Source of the DNA: Octopus vulgaris
Lineage: Eukaryota
Length of the DNA stretch: 64,000 bases
Assembly (NCBI GenBank): GCA_951406725.2
Contig: OX597823.1
Coordinates: forward strand, 72,354,001 to 72,418,000
Direction of reading: 5' to 3'
The notes under the pieces are model-generated. The model was not told the DNA's origin and did not search any database. It saw only the letters and a list, made by a program, of their open reading frames with translations. Of the stretch, positions 52,984 through 64,000 are shown one piece after another. The number at the start of each line of letters is the position of its first letter. Position 1 is the first letter of the stretch. The translations under genes were made by a program, and so were the position numbers.

Positions 52984-54108
52984 CTGCCTTGGCCAAAAGT
53001 ATTAAGCCACCCCAATGCTTTGGGGTTCTGCTATCTCAGTGTTAATGAAACTCGTGTACATGGTAGTTTATGGTATATTTCACAATATACATTAGTTTTA
53101 ATATCTAGTTGACCCTCCTTTAGCATCAATTACCGTAGAAAAAACGGTTACATCACCTCGTGATGACAGATCCATTGTCCGTCAGTCGCTCAGAAACAGA
53201 TGAAAGACATCGTCGGAGCTCTGTGCGGACTTCAACGAGGCAAGTACTTCACAAATATCAACCAGAACTGTTAGAAGACGGCTTGTAGAGTACGGTCTGA
53301 AAGGCTGTAAAGCCAGGAAGATAAGATAGTATATGTATTCAACCAACATATACACTTTATGTAACTTTGCCCAAAATATATTAAAAAAAGTATCCAACAT
53401 AAAGCTAATATTATTTTTCACATTTTTACTCAGGTTTTTGGTAGATCTGGTGCAACTTTCGTGCATCGCAGAGTTGGGGAAGCAGTTAAGGTTGAATGTC
53501 TGGTGCCAAACGTAAAACACATGGGGATGGTTCTATCATGGTGTGGGACTGCATGTTTACCACAGGACCCTGAGGAAAGTTTTTATTTCAGGCAAGGATG
53601 ACTTCAGCTACATATGTTTCTATGTTATCGGATGTTTTAAAGCCATCAATTGCTAAATTGCATCAAGTAGTGTCGAAAACCAGTGTTATCTTACAATAGG
53701 ACAACGCTCCGTGTTACATAGCAAAGAATTCTCGTCAATGGTTTGAGATACAGGATATTTCTCCCGTAGACTAGCCAGTTGAAAGTTCCGATTTAAATCC
53801 GATCGAACACCTATGAGTAATTCTTGGTGAAGCTATTAGGAACACAACAATTAAAAATAAAAAGCAATTGTAATAAACGTTGAGATAAGAATAGAGTAAA
53901 ATTGCGCCTAGGACCTACAAGAAACTAGTTGATTCAATGCCTGACAGATTAAAAGCGGTGCTTCATGCTAAAGGAGGGTCAACCAAATATTAAATCTAAC
54001 GTATATTGTGAAATATACCATAATTTACCATGTACGCGAGTTTCATTAACGTTGAGATAGCAGAAACCCAAAACACAGGGGATGGCCTAATACTTTTAGC
54101 CAAGGCTG
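52984..54108 (+). mobile_element. Tc1-family transposon with ~140-bp TIRs and TA TSD; internally deleted, degenerate transposase
   Basis: TIR 52984-53126 pairs with 53966-54108. TA at 52982-83 and 54109-10. Motifs STRTVRRRLVEYGL, Q*DNAPCY, SSDLNPIEHL, KLVDSMPDRLKAVLHAKGGSTKY*. Confidence 0.92.
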
Positions 54109-54319
54109 TATGTGTTATATATGTGTGTGTGTGGAAGTGTGGTATTGCCATTAATATGCTAAAAATATTTATCATATTTGGTAATAAAACCGATCTCAAA
54201 CATTGGAAGCAGAAACAGCTATTAGATGGGATTCAGTCTATCTGTATTGAATTAATAAATAATTATTGATGAATGTCAATTGTTGTTAATGAATAATTCT
54301 CCACTTCCTGTTTCCATAC

Positions 54320-54399
<80 letters not shown>

Positions 54400-54409
54400 T
54401 AGTATAGAT

Positions 54410-54692
54410 GATCGTGGGTAAGACCAAAACAATGCAAAGTAAATCACAAGAAAACAAATATGTGAATTAATGTAGACTTATCTTGTATTCAATATTTTGG
54501 GGTTACGACCCCATTTTCAAGAAATTGACGATTCTTGCCGATGTGCGTGAGTGTTAGCTCACGCACACGGACATCGGCAACATTCTTCAATTGAAATATT
54601 GAATGCAAGATAAGTCTACATTAATTCACATATTTGTTTTCTTGTGATTTTCCTTGCATTTACTTCGTATTGCTTTGGCCTTGCCCACGATC
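54410..54692. repeat. Fold-back element: ~90-bp imperfect inverted arms enclosing two further hairpins
   Basis: 54410-54497 vs 54594-54692. Inner TGGGGT/ACCCCA and TTGCCGATGT..TGCGTGAG/CTCACGCA..ACATCGGCAA. Confidence 0.85.
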
Positions 54693-54733
54693 TTTTATAC
54701 AATATATTCTACACAATGCTTCATAGTAATTAT

Positions 54734-54776
<43 letters not shown>

Positions 54777-54779
<3 letters not shown>

Positions 54780-56823
54780 TTTGATTTTGATTTTGATTTT
54801 GATTTTTCCAGTTTCAGCTCATGAGCTGTGGCCATGCTGGGGCACCGCCATTTGGTTTGCTACATGATTTTACCTGACGAATGCTTTTTAGCAACTGCCA
54901 TTTGGTGCATGAGAGAGTTCGATGCAGCTGCCCTCATCTGCACCTCCTGCTGTGAAGTTGGTTCATCCGGGACACCTGACAGGAAGAGATCCAGTCCTAC
55001 TTTAAAGACATCCGCATCTACACCATGCAGGTCCCTCAGGTTCTTCGGGAGGATATTAAAGAGCTGTGGGCCTCTGAAGCCCAGGCTATCACAGTATCTT
55101 GTCCTACATCTTGATGGCAAATTTGGAGTCCTTGGTACTACGCAGTGGCGCCCGGTTCTGGCATTTGTGTGACTCTCGATGCCAAAGTTTGGGACAAGTC
55201 CTTCCAGGATCTTCCAGATATATATTATGGCATATCTTTCTCGCCTACGCTCCAGGGAATAGAGCTTTAATCTCTTGAGTCTTTCCCAGTAGCTTATATG
55301 CTTCTTCGTGTAGCTTCGTTGGATCGCCTCAAGTTCTGTGATCAACTTGACACTGGATGGTGACCATAGCTGAGAGCAATAGTCAAAGTGGCTTAGGACA
55401 AGTGTCTTCCAGAGGACCATCATGGTTTCTTGTTCTCTTGTTCTGAAGGTTCTAAGAATCCATCCGGCCAGCCGTCTACATTTCATTGCCAGTTTAGCAA
55501 CATGTACATGAAAGGTCGCGTCATCACTCATGTGAATACCCAGGTCACGCACTGATTGTGCCTCTGGGATTGCAATCCCTCCGGGTCCAGTGTATTCATT
55601 GGGTATTGCATTCAGTTTTGCATGCTGATAGCATAAAGCTTGAAACTTTTCAGCATTGAACTGCATGCTATTCTTTTCAGCCCACTTGTATATTTTGTCC
55701 AGCTCACATTGCAGGTGCTTAGTGTCTTCATGGTTCTGTATTGCCTGTGAAACTTTTGTATCATCTGCATAACTTGTGATCGTGGCTCTCTGCGTGGCTG
55801 AGGGCATGTCTGAGAGGGCCATTATGAACAGTAGTGGTCCCAAAACAGTGCCCTGCGGAACACCGCTCACTAGTTGCGTGTTAATGGAAGTGGCCCCATT
55901 GGCTACTACCACCTGACTTCTATTCTTCAGAAAGTCATGAAGCCATTCTCCCAATTTTCCAACTATGCCAAGATCACGCAGTTTGTGACATATCATTCCA
56001 TGATCGACTTTATCAAAGGCCTTTGCAAAGTCGAGATATATCACTTCCACATTTGAGTGGTTGAGCAGTCGTTTCAGCACCCAGTCATAGTGTTGTAGGA
56101 GCTGAGTTAAGCAGCTTCTTCCTGGTCGGAAACCATGTTGGGTGTCAGGCAGCAAGTCATGTTCTTCAAGGAAGGTGATTAGTTTCCTTCTGACTATTCG
56201 TTCCATGACCTTGCTGATGTGTGAGGTCAGAGAGATAGGTCTGTAGTTCTTGGCCTCCGCTCTGCTACCTCCTTTATGAATAGGGCATATTTTACCTTCC
56301 TTCAGTTTTCTTGGAAGTTTGCCAGTTGCAAGGAAGCTCTGAAAGAGAGACTGCAGTGGTCTTGCTAGGACTCTCTTACATACTTTTAGAAGGATTGCCG
56401 GGAATCCATCGGGGCCAGTAGCTGAGTTTGTTTTCATCTCATCTATAGCCTTTATTACATCGTCTTCCTTTATATTGATGTAATCAATCATCGCCGCCTC
56501 TGACCCCATATCTGCAGTGGTGAAGAAGTCAGTTGGATTGCTGATTTGGAAATGCCCAAGGTGTGGGGTGAAAACACTCTTGAATTGCACATTTAGTATG
56601 TCACTTACCCTCATTGGATTTCCTGTGAGTGTGCCATCCCTTACAAGGAGTGGCCCTATCCTACAGTGCACCGTAGCTGTTTTTTTGGCATACCTGTAGA
56701 AAACTCTGGGGTTAGATTTTATGTTGTCTATAGCCCAGGCTTCTTTGTCTGCTCTTTCCTTTTCATGGGAGAGCTGCAGACATTTTTCAATTTCCAACAG
56801 TTTCATTTTCAGGCGGGACTTTT

Positions 56824-56826
<3 letters not shown>
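54777..56826 (-). mobile_element. 5'-truncated CR1/L2-group LINE in a (TA)n tract, with (AAAATC)n 3' tail
   Basis: Contains the RT ORF below. 3' UTR GGCGGTGCCCCAGCATGGCCACAGCTCATGAGCTGAAACTGG then AAAATC repeats; TA arrays on both sides. Confidence 0.92.
54860..56826 (-). CDS. Reverse transcriptase (ORF2, 5'-truncated, no endonuclease) of a CR1/L2-group LINE
   Basis: ~655 open codons with ATGPDG, NYRPISLTS, QHGFRPGRSC, YLDFAKAFDKVDH, GVPQGTVLGPLLF, YADD, RDLGI, LERRR. The MYIYIY start in the ORF track is (TA)n. Confidence 0.9.
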
Positions 56827-56894
<68 letters not shown>

Positions 56895-57173
56895 ATGTTA
56901 CATTACTCGGTAGTCAAGATAAAACTCTGAGTTTCAGATGCCGAAGTGGAAATCGACAACACCATCTCTTCGGTTATCTGGCTATTTGAAAACGTTATGA
57001 AAAAATACCGTTAAAATTGAAGGGAAATTACTCTGTTATAACTCTGCTTTGCCTGCGTACTTATACATCGCTCGCATTTTTCGTCATAAAAATTATATAA
57101 AAATACATAAAAATATATAAAAATATATAAAAATATATAAAATCTTCTTGGGACATAACACAGAAAGCATGTT

Positions 57174-58550
57174 CTATCCGTTTTCTTTAGGGGACCAAAA
57201 ACGTAACAGAAATTTAGTCACATGTGGGCATGATCCGAAAAGCTCTGTCCTTGTATTTAGACATGTGGTAGGGTCTAAGCTGCTTTTCCAGATAAGCCAT
57301 CTCTCCATGTCGCATAAACCGCACTTTCCGCTGCCGTTAGTGTAGGGCTTACATCTGGCCAAAATCTTCCATTGTATGTTATAATCGACACCTTTATCTC
57401 TTAAAGACCAAATATGATTGGATAATTGTGTCGCTTTTCTTTTGTTCCAGTGCCTAAAGCTCAAAGTGTGGTTATTGAACCTGACCTTGAAATTACCCTC
57501 TGTCAAGCCCACGTATTTCTTCGTCGAAACGGTGTCTTTAGTGGTTATAGAGTTTACGGTAGCTTCATATATGATGGTCTTGGACATGCAAGCTCCATTT
57601 AGCGGGCACAATTCTTTATTCCTGCATGAACAGCTGTTTTCTTCTTGTGTTTTTTGTATGTTATGATTGATTATGTTTTTAAAATTGGTAGTTGAACTAA
57701 AACTAATCTTTAAATTGTGTCTATTGAAGAGTTTCCTATAAGCATGGTTAACTGGAAAATGTCTATCTATCAGTGCTAGGAAATATTTACCTATATTGAA
57801 GGCCACCTCGGGTGAGTAAGGGGGCGTAAACCAGATGACCTTCCTATTTCTATTATTCCTTTTCCTTACTGTTGGGCTGGTGATAGGTGTATATTTTATT
57901 TTTTCGCTAAAACCACTATCTTCTAAAGCTTTATTATAAACTGGGGCAACGCTATTGAAGATGTCCTCATTAGATGAGAGGCTAGAAATCCTCTTACTAA
58001 TATTTTTAACTAAATTTTTGAATAATATAGGGGGATGGCATGAACCTACATTAATATAACTTAGTCTATCATTGGGCTTCCTATAAGGCTTATAAATATT
58101 ATTATTAAGATCTAAGGAAACGTCTAAGAAATTGACAACCGTCAGGTTAGTGTCTATAGTTATACTAAGTCCGAAGTGTTTCATTAACTGGATAATATCC
58201 TTCCTAAAACGATCTTGTGCTGGTCTATTTGTATTAGCTGTTAAGGCGAGGGCATCATATTTGTAGATGGCGAAATGTACGTTAGGGAATGTCTTACCGA
58301 AGGTATCTAGGAGAAAGAGTCCAATTAGATCACAGATGCCTGCCCCATCATATGAACCCATGCTCACATCGAAAGCGCCCTCCGTGTCGGTGTTTTTTAC
58401 CCACTTTGCATTCTCACTAAAAAGTAATGTCTTTCTAGCATGGAAGATTATATCCTTATCATTGGTACTAATTTCTATGAAGTCACTAGCGAAGATTAGG
58501 GCTTTATCTAGCAGTTCTTTAGAGATAGAGGCATAAAAATCAACAATATC
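57174..58550 (-). pseudogene. Penelope-like RT (from motif A) + C-terminal GIY-YIG endonuclease; catalytic DD mutated
   Basis: Frame is open upstream of the annotated start: DIVDFYASIS...FDVSMGSYDGAGICDLIG, YKYD (expected YRDD), VNFLDV, YRKP, CSC..CP..C, IYEATV..KYVGLTE..FKVRFNNH, CGLC. Confidence 0.9.
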
Positions 58551-59186
58551 GAGGTGGCCTTCAATATAGGTAAATATTTCCTAGCACTGATAGATAGACA
58601 TTTTCCAGTTAACCATGCTTATAGGAAACTCTTCAATAGACACAATTTAAAAATTAGTTTTAGTTCAACTACCAATTTTAAAAATATAATCAATCATAAC
58701 ATACAAAAAACACAAGAAGAAAACAGCTGTTCATGCAGGAATAAAGAATTGTGCCCGCTAAATGGAGCTTGCATGTCCAAGACCATCATATATGAAGCTA
58801 CCGTAAACTCTATAACCACTAAAGACACCGTTTCGACGAAGAAATACGTGGGCCTGACAGAGGGTAATTTCAAGGCCAGGTTCAATAACCACACTTTGAG
58901 CTTTAGGCACTGGAACAAAAGAAAAGCGACACAATTATCCAATCATATTTGGTCTTTAAGAGATAAAGGTGTCGATTATAACATACAATGGAAGATTTTG
59001 GCCAGATGTAAGCCCTACACTAACGGCAGCGGAAAGTGCGGTTTATGCGACATGGAGAGATGGCTTATCTGGAAAAGCAGCTTAGACCCTACCACATGTC
59101 TAAATACAAGGACAGAGCTTTTCGGATCATGCCCACATGTGACTAAATTTCTGTTACGTTTTTGGTCCCCTAAAGAAAACGGATAG
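58550..59186 (+). pseudogene. Inverted duplicate of the GIY-YIG endonuclease region
   Basis: ORF 58554-59186 is identical to the C-terminal 210 aa of 57174-58367 except V>A (FKVRF / FKARF). Confidence 0.9.
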
Positions 59187-59375
59187 AACATGCTTTCTGT
59201 GTTATGTCCCAAGAAGATTTTATATATTTTTATATATTTTCATATATTTTTATGTATTTTTATATAATTTTTATGACGAAAAATGCGAGCGATGTATAAG
59301 TACGCAGGCAAAGCAGAGTTATAACAGAGTAATTTCCCTTCATTTTTAACGGTATTTTTTCATAACGTTTTCAAA

Positions 59376-59449
59376 TAGCCAGATAACCGAAGAGATGGTG
59401 TTGTGGATTTCCACTTCGGCATCTGAAACTCAGAGTTTTATCTTGACTA
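59376..59449 (+). ncRNA. Variant minimal type I hammerhead-like motif in the Penelope 3' terminal region (mirror copy 56911-56984, minus)
   Basis: Stem I TAGCCAGATAA/TTATCTTGACTA; core CCGAAGA (U4C); stem II GATG..CATC; T-GAAA; stem III CTC-A-GAG; GTT triplet. Confidence 0.6.
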
Positions 59450-59539
59450 CCGAGTAATGTAACATATTGTATAGATAAATTTCCTCTATTTACATAATAT
59501 TGAGGTCTCTTTCTTTCTTTTGTTATCTTACCGTTTTAT

Positions 59540-59595
<56 letters not shown>

Positions 59596-59835
59596 ATGTA
59601 TATATACATATATATATACATATTTAGAAAAAGAGAGATGTGGAGAGAAAAACGAAAGTGAGAGTATCCTTCTTTTCTTTTACTTGTTTCAGTTATTTAG
59701 GCCGCGGTCATACTGGAGCACCATATTGAAGAATTTTAGCGTGGTATTGATTCTTTTGCCGAGCTGCTAAGCTACGAGGATGTAAACACACGAACACTAG
59801 TTGTCAAGCAGTAGTGAAGGCGGATATACACGCAG

Positions 59836-59902
<67 letters not shown>

Positions 59903-60346
59903 GTGTGTGTGTATGTGTATATATATATATATATGTACGCACACACACAACATACGCACACACGAACACACACACACATGTATACCATCAAAATTCACTT
60001 GAGTCAGGTACATATATTAAGGCACCTTATTAGGTCAAAATTTGCACACTCAAACAATATCAGGTGAACAGCCATCGCTGTGCAGGAGCATTTGCACCCG
60101 TTATGCTCGCAGTGTATACAGACAAAGATATAACAGCGAAATTAATGTAAATATTTAAGTTTCGATGGTTATATGAATATGTTTTTTAGCAGTTTGTACT
60201 TTTTGCTTGAAGCCTATGCAGTCATCTGAAATAAACGGTTTGTTTGTAATGCTGAAATATTTTCATTAATTAATTAAAGGAGTCGCTTGAAACGATCGTA
60301 ATGAATTGAAACCTGTACATCTTTGTTACTCATCTCTCTCTCTCTA

Positions 60347-60391
<45 letters not shown>

Positions 60392-60410
60392 ATGTATGTA
60401 TGTATATATG

Positions 60411-60456
<46 letters not shown>

Positions 60457-60634
60457 ATATATATATATATACATTTATATATATATGTATATATATATAT
60501 ATGCATGTATCTATATATATAATTTACAGAAAAACACAAGACGAAGACATGTGTATAGATAACAGGCAGGTGTATAAGTTTGAAGTTCGGGAAGGTAAGA
60601 ATGTCTTTTACTTTTTGAGCCTACGCGACTGGCT

Positions 60635-60681
<47 letters not shown>

Positions 60682-61454
60682 TATAGATATATACATACAA
60701 CGGAATTCTTTCAGTCTCCGCCTATCAAATTCACTGAAAATTTGGTCGGCCTGAGGCTATTGTAGACGTCACTTGCTCAAAGTGATCTCGTACTGGGACT
60801 TAATCTCTCACCATGTGGTTGTAAAGCAAACTTCTTATCGCCACAAACACGCCTAAAGAGAGTCAAATACAGATAGTATGTCTATCAAATGTTGGTAATG
60901 TCAATATATTCTCTTCAATCACTGAAACACGAACCAAGGCTTCCTGAATTCCTTGCCTTCCGTTACACTATAAGCACTTATTGGCGTACAGACTTATTGG
61001 AAAGTACGGCTCGTAGTAAAACATCCACGGAAATAAATTAAGTATTCATCGCATTGAAATATTCTTAGTGTGAAAAAGTAATTGATGTACGGATATAATT
61101 CAGAAATAATTCTACAGGCTGATTCATTGAATCACTGGCGCACGTAAATCATACGAACACATAACAGAAGTATATGAATGCAAGTATGCGCATGCATCGT
61201 ACGCACACACACAGATACACGCACGCACACAGACATACACACATATACATCTATATATATATATATATATATATTTTTATATATACATACATATATACAT
61301 ATACACATATATACATCTATCTATCTATCTATCTATCTATCTATATATATATATATACATCTATATATATATATATATATATATTCCTACACTTGCGTGT
61401 GTATGTGCGTGTGTGTAGACGTAGTTACATATATTGTGTATATGTATATACACC

Positions 61455-61710
61455 TTTCTAATATTCTCCCAAAGAGTCTGAGGAACATGAACAAAGTAGA
61501 TGTAGCGGTTTTTAAATCAAAGCTGGACATCTTCCTGTCGAGAGTCCCAGATGAACCTACCTCACGACAAGAGGTGCAAATGAGAGTAGCTATATCAAAC
61601 TCCATTCTTCACCAAGTGCCACATATTAGACGAGGTTCTTCGCAATAACAGTGTAGCACAAAACGGCGGTGCATCAGCATGGCCGCAGCTCTGAAACCAG
61701 AGAAAAAAAA
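61455..61710 (+). mobile_element. Short 3' fragment of a CR1/L2-group LINE related to 54777-55060
   Basis: NILPKSLRNMNKVDVAVFKSKLDIFLSRVPDEPTSRQEVQMRVAISNSILHQ; UTR CGGCGGTGCATCAGCATGGCCGCAGCTCTGAAAC. Confidence 0.88.
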
Positions 61711-62764
61711 TATGTATATATACAATTATAGCAATAATTTCGCTATGGAAAGGACCATATTCGGTAGAAACTTATATAAAAAGATTATTTTATATATAAT
61801 TATAACAATAAGGGTTTAGTAACATGTTGCTTGACCACATACCGAAAATTTTAAAAATAACAGCCAAACAAAAATGTCTCCACAGACAACAATATTTGTA
61901 ACTCAGACATGGCAAAAAAGAAGAAAAATAATGAAATCAAACAGTCTTTGTTTAACTATGGACACGTTTCTAGATTAGAATCATAAGATTCATTTCCGTT
62001 ATCAACATAATATTTCGATAATTATAAATCTGAAGATGCTACGAAAGCTTACGCCTTATATTTCTGACCAAGCGTCATCAGAACATATAAAAGCTAATCA
62101 GCATAAACTACTAGGTGAAATTTGTTGATTTTATTAAATTAATACTCTTTCACCCTATATCTGTAATGCGTATATATATACATATACACATTTATATACT
62201 ATATATTTATATATACGATATGTGTTTGTATGTGTGTAAGTGTGTGTATGCATGCAGATACATTTCTACTGACATGTGGACCCACGATCATAATGACTGT
62301 AGGTTCAATAGTACGCTCATTGTAAGTTTTGCAGTTTCAGCCTGGACCTTTATTTCACGTTACTCTACGCAGTTAAGTGTGTTTGTATGCATGCATGTGT
62401 GTATTTATTATGTATATATGTATGTATGTATGTATGAATGTATGTATGTATGTATGTATGTATGTATGTGTGAGTGCGTGTATGCATGTGTACACGTGCG
62501 AGTGCGTCTCAGTGTATGTATGTTTGTGCGTGCTTTTGTAAATATGTACATATACACAAAATGTATATATATAGGCGTAGGAGTGGCCGTGTGTTAAGTA
62601 GGTTGCTTGCCTACCACATGGTTCCGGGTTCATTATGTAAATATATATATATATATATATGTATAAACAATTTTCACCTTTAAAGGTATTTTAATATGAT
62701 GCCACTTTGATGAAATATTTTATCCTGTATTAGAAGTATATATATATATATATATATATACATA

Positions 62765-63021
62765 TACAGGAGAGTACTACATTAGCCCCTACCTCGCTAA
62801 ATATAGAAGTCAAAAACACTTCTGTGTCACAGAATAGGCACAAATCTACTACAGGCATTGTAGGAAAATATTCCAGTTAACATTATAAAGGTTTTACCTC
62901 TACTAAGTTAGCACATCAACTTGGTACTGGTTCCGAAATTAGACTTGAGACTATTCTGTGGCACAGAAATACTTTTTACTTCTAATTTTAGCAATGTATG
63001 TGCTCATGTAGTACCCTCATA
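62765..63021. mobile_element. MITE with ~70-bp degenerate TIRs (mariner-like ends)
   Basis: GTACTACATTAGC..GCTAAATATAGAAGT..TTCTGTGTCACAGAATAG vs CTATTCTGTGGCACAGAA..ACTTCTAATTTTAGC..GCTCATGTAGTACCCTCATA. Confidence 0.7.
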
Positions 63022-64000
63022 TGTGTGTGTGTGTGTGCATGTGTGTGTTTATGCGTGTGTGTATGTACATATCTTATATTGTATGTATATATTGTATTAA
63101 TTTGCTTGTACGGCTGATTATTCGCTTGCCTCTCGTGATGCTATTTTAAAAATACCACCCTTCTTATATTTATTTATAAATATATTTAACTATTTAGTTA
63201 CTCATTCAATATATATGTATAGATACCTGTACATGTCTTTATGCATGTTTGTGCGTGTGTTTGTTTGTGTGTGTACGATGTGACATATTGAAATTATCTC
63301 TGCTATAAGCACTTCTAAATGAGAAGATGGCTTGAGGACAGAAAAAAATATCTGATTATCTGTAGGCAAAGGGACTGTTGCTCAGTACATGCCATCAGTA
63401 CAGCAGCTAGTTTAGTTTATCTCCATCCTTCAAATGCATGTTAATAGTGCATCTGAATTGTATTCGTTAGCTCATTTTGATTTCACATATGCAAGTTATC
63501 TAGCCCTTATGTGTTCTGTTCTTTCTGGTTTATATCTCTAATGTTCTGTTTCCTGGAAATAAGGTAAGAAATCTGCTGTGCTAATGACAACCACTGAGGC
63601 AGATTTACGAATCTGCGGTGTCTTCAAACAGTCAGACTCTCTTTTCATGTTAGTGATGTCAATTTTGGAGAATTCTTACTTCTTGATATCAAATCACTTC
63701 CTTAATTGAATTTTGCCCAACTGCCACATATCAGTTGTCTCTTTAAGAAATATTTTCATTAAAGCAAGAATTTATATTCAGTGGTATTTCATATAACTTT
63801 ATTCATCTTAGTTGCTCACATACCTACTGCTTGTCACGTTGGGTTTTCCCTTTGCTGATTGTAGCTTCCATTATATTATGTGTACACAGAGATTTCCCAT
63901 CTTAGCACAAACAAACCTATTAATGCCAGAAATATTTATTGCCTTAAAACCACTTCTGAATACACTGGCTGTTGCCAAAATTTTATTATTGGCATTTCTG

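Larger units (their letters stand above)
56891..59541. mobile_element. Penelope-like element: 5'-truncated minus-strand copy fused head-to-head with a shorter inverted copy
   Basis: 56891-57810 is the reverse complement of 58550-59469 (about 7 substitutions counted by eye). (TA)n on both flanks. Confidence 0.95.

Noticed and set aside
63569-63607. Hairpin AAATCTGC..GCAGATTT as a pre-miRNA
   Set aside because: Stem too short and no recognisable mature miRNA.

Overview
AT-rich, microsatellite-dense eukaryotic (animal) DNA with no recognisable host protein-coding gene. The SINE families and repeat landscape suggest an octopus/coleoid cephalopod genome (inference from pattern recognition, not a database hit). 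Much of the window is transposon debris. It holds at least ten R4/Dong-type non-LTR fragments, mostly in (TAA)n tracts; a long CR1/L2-type RT ORF (54860-56826, minus); a Penelope-like element with a ~920-bp, ~99% identical inverted duplication (56891-59541); two mariner and two Tc1 relics; a Gypsy LTR-gag-protease relic; RTE and Hero-like tails; and three tRNA-derived SINE families. The most interesting layer is non-coding: several hand-foldable hammerhead-like motifs (a canonical one at 20299-20362 and a variant in both Penelope arms), an HDV-like ribozyme candidate (40814-40872, minus), small fold-back elements sitting in (TA)n, and internally deleted Dong derivatives. Boundaries of degenerate elements are approximate and all folds were done by eye.
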